A DNA stretch of 63,009 nt, the filler included, from Polymyxa betae A26-41 (lineage: Eukaryota; Protista; Endomyxa: Phytomyxea): NCBI GenBank assembly GCA_003693705.1. It is 6 parts of 6 records of this genome, joined end to end, with 100 filler letters (N's around TTAATTAATTAA, not from the genome) between each part and the next. Parts side by side here need not be neighbours in the genome. Positions count along the whole stretch, not along the records: positions 60,667 to 63,009 come from RBZT01000022.1; 5 more parts are not named here. The stretch is one strand, 5' to 3'. Positions 62,901-63,009 of the stretch are shown here, piece after piece. The position numbers were made by a program, and so were the translations under genes. Numbering within the stretch: the first letter of the stretch is position 1; every line of letters begins with the position of its first letter. A model generated the notes under the pieces. The model was not told the origin of the DNA, searched no databases, and saw nothing but the letters and a program-made list of their open reading frames with translations.

Positions 62901-63009
62901 TATTCGGTTCTTTCCTCTAAGGCACAGAATATCTCAAACTGCTCCCGCATTGAAAACATTTTTTACTAGAAACTGACATAGGCTATTGTAGTCCGTAATA
63001 TCGATCACA

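Overview
Eukaryotic draft-assembly window, most likely from a plasmodiophorid (Phytomyxea, Rhizaria). This rests on the 18S rRNA fragment at 1-219 and the ~45-60 nt GT-AG introns. Five 100-nt gaps carry an artificial TTAATTAATTAA linker, so adjacency across gaps is not guaranteed. Bases 1-13.8 kb hold three conserved minus-strand housekeeping genes: ALG10, a BLTP2/FMP27/SABRE-type bridge-like lipid transfer protein, and a TBC1D20/Gyp8-type Rab-GAP. The rest is mostly nested, decayed transposons: several PIF/Harbinger lineages, hAT, pogo, IS630/Tc1, a MULE fragment, Copia, Gypsy, solo LTRs and a DIRS/Ngaro-like element. Interspersed are a tRNA-Lys(TTT), a GC-rich cluster of orphan signal-peptide genes (26.6-34 kb), and two loci of an unrecognised family with tandem Cys/His domains. 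Most notable: (1) a reconstructable piggyBac-like transposase with a YqaJ/lambda-exonuclease PD-(D/E)xK domain in the same reading frame (54.3-56.3 kb); (2) an intron-containing IS630/Tc1 transposase with a convergent orphan partner gene; (3) the Cys/His repeat family; (4) convergent (GAT)n arrays punctuated by conserved intron-like modules. All family assignments are from motif recognition by eye; no database search was run.
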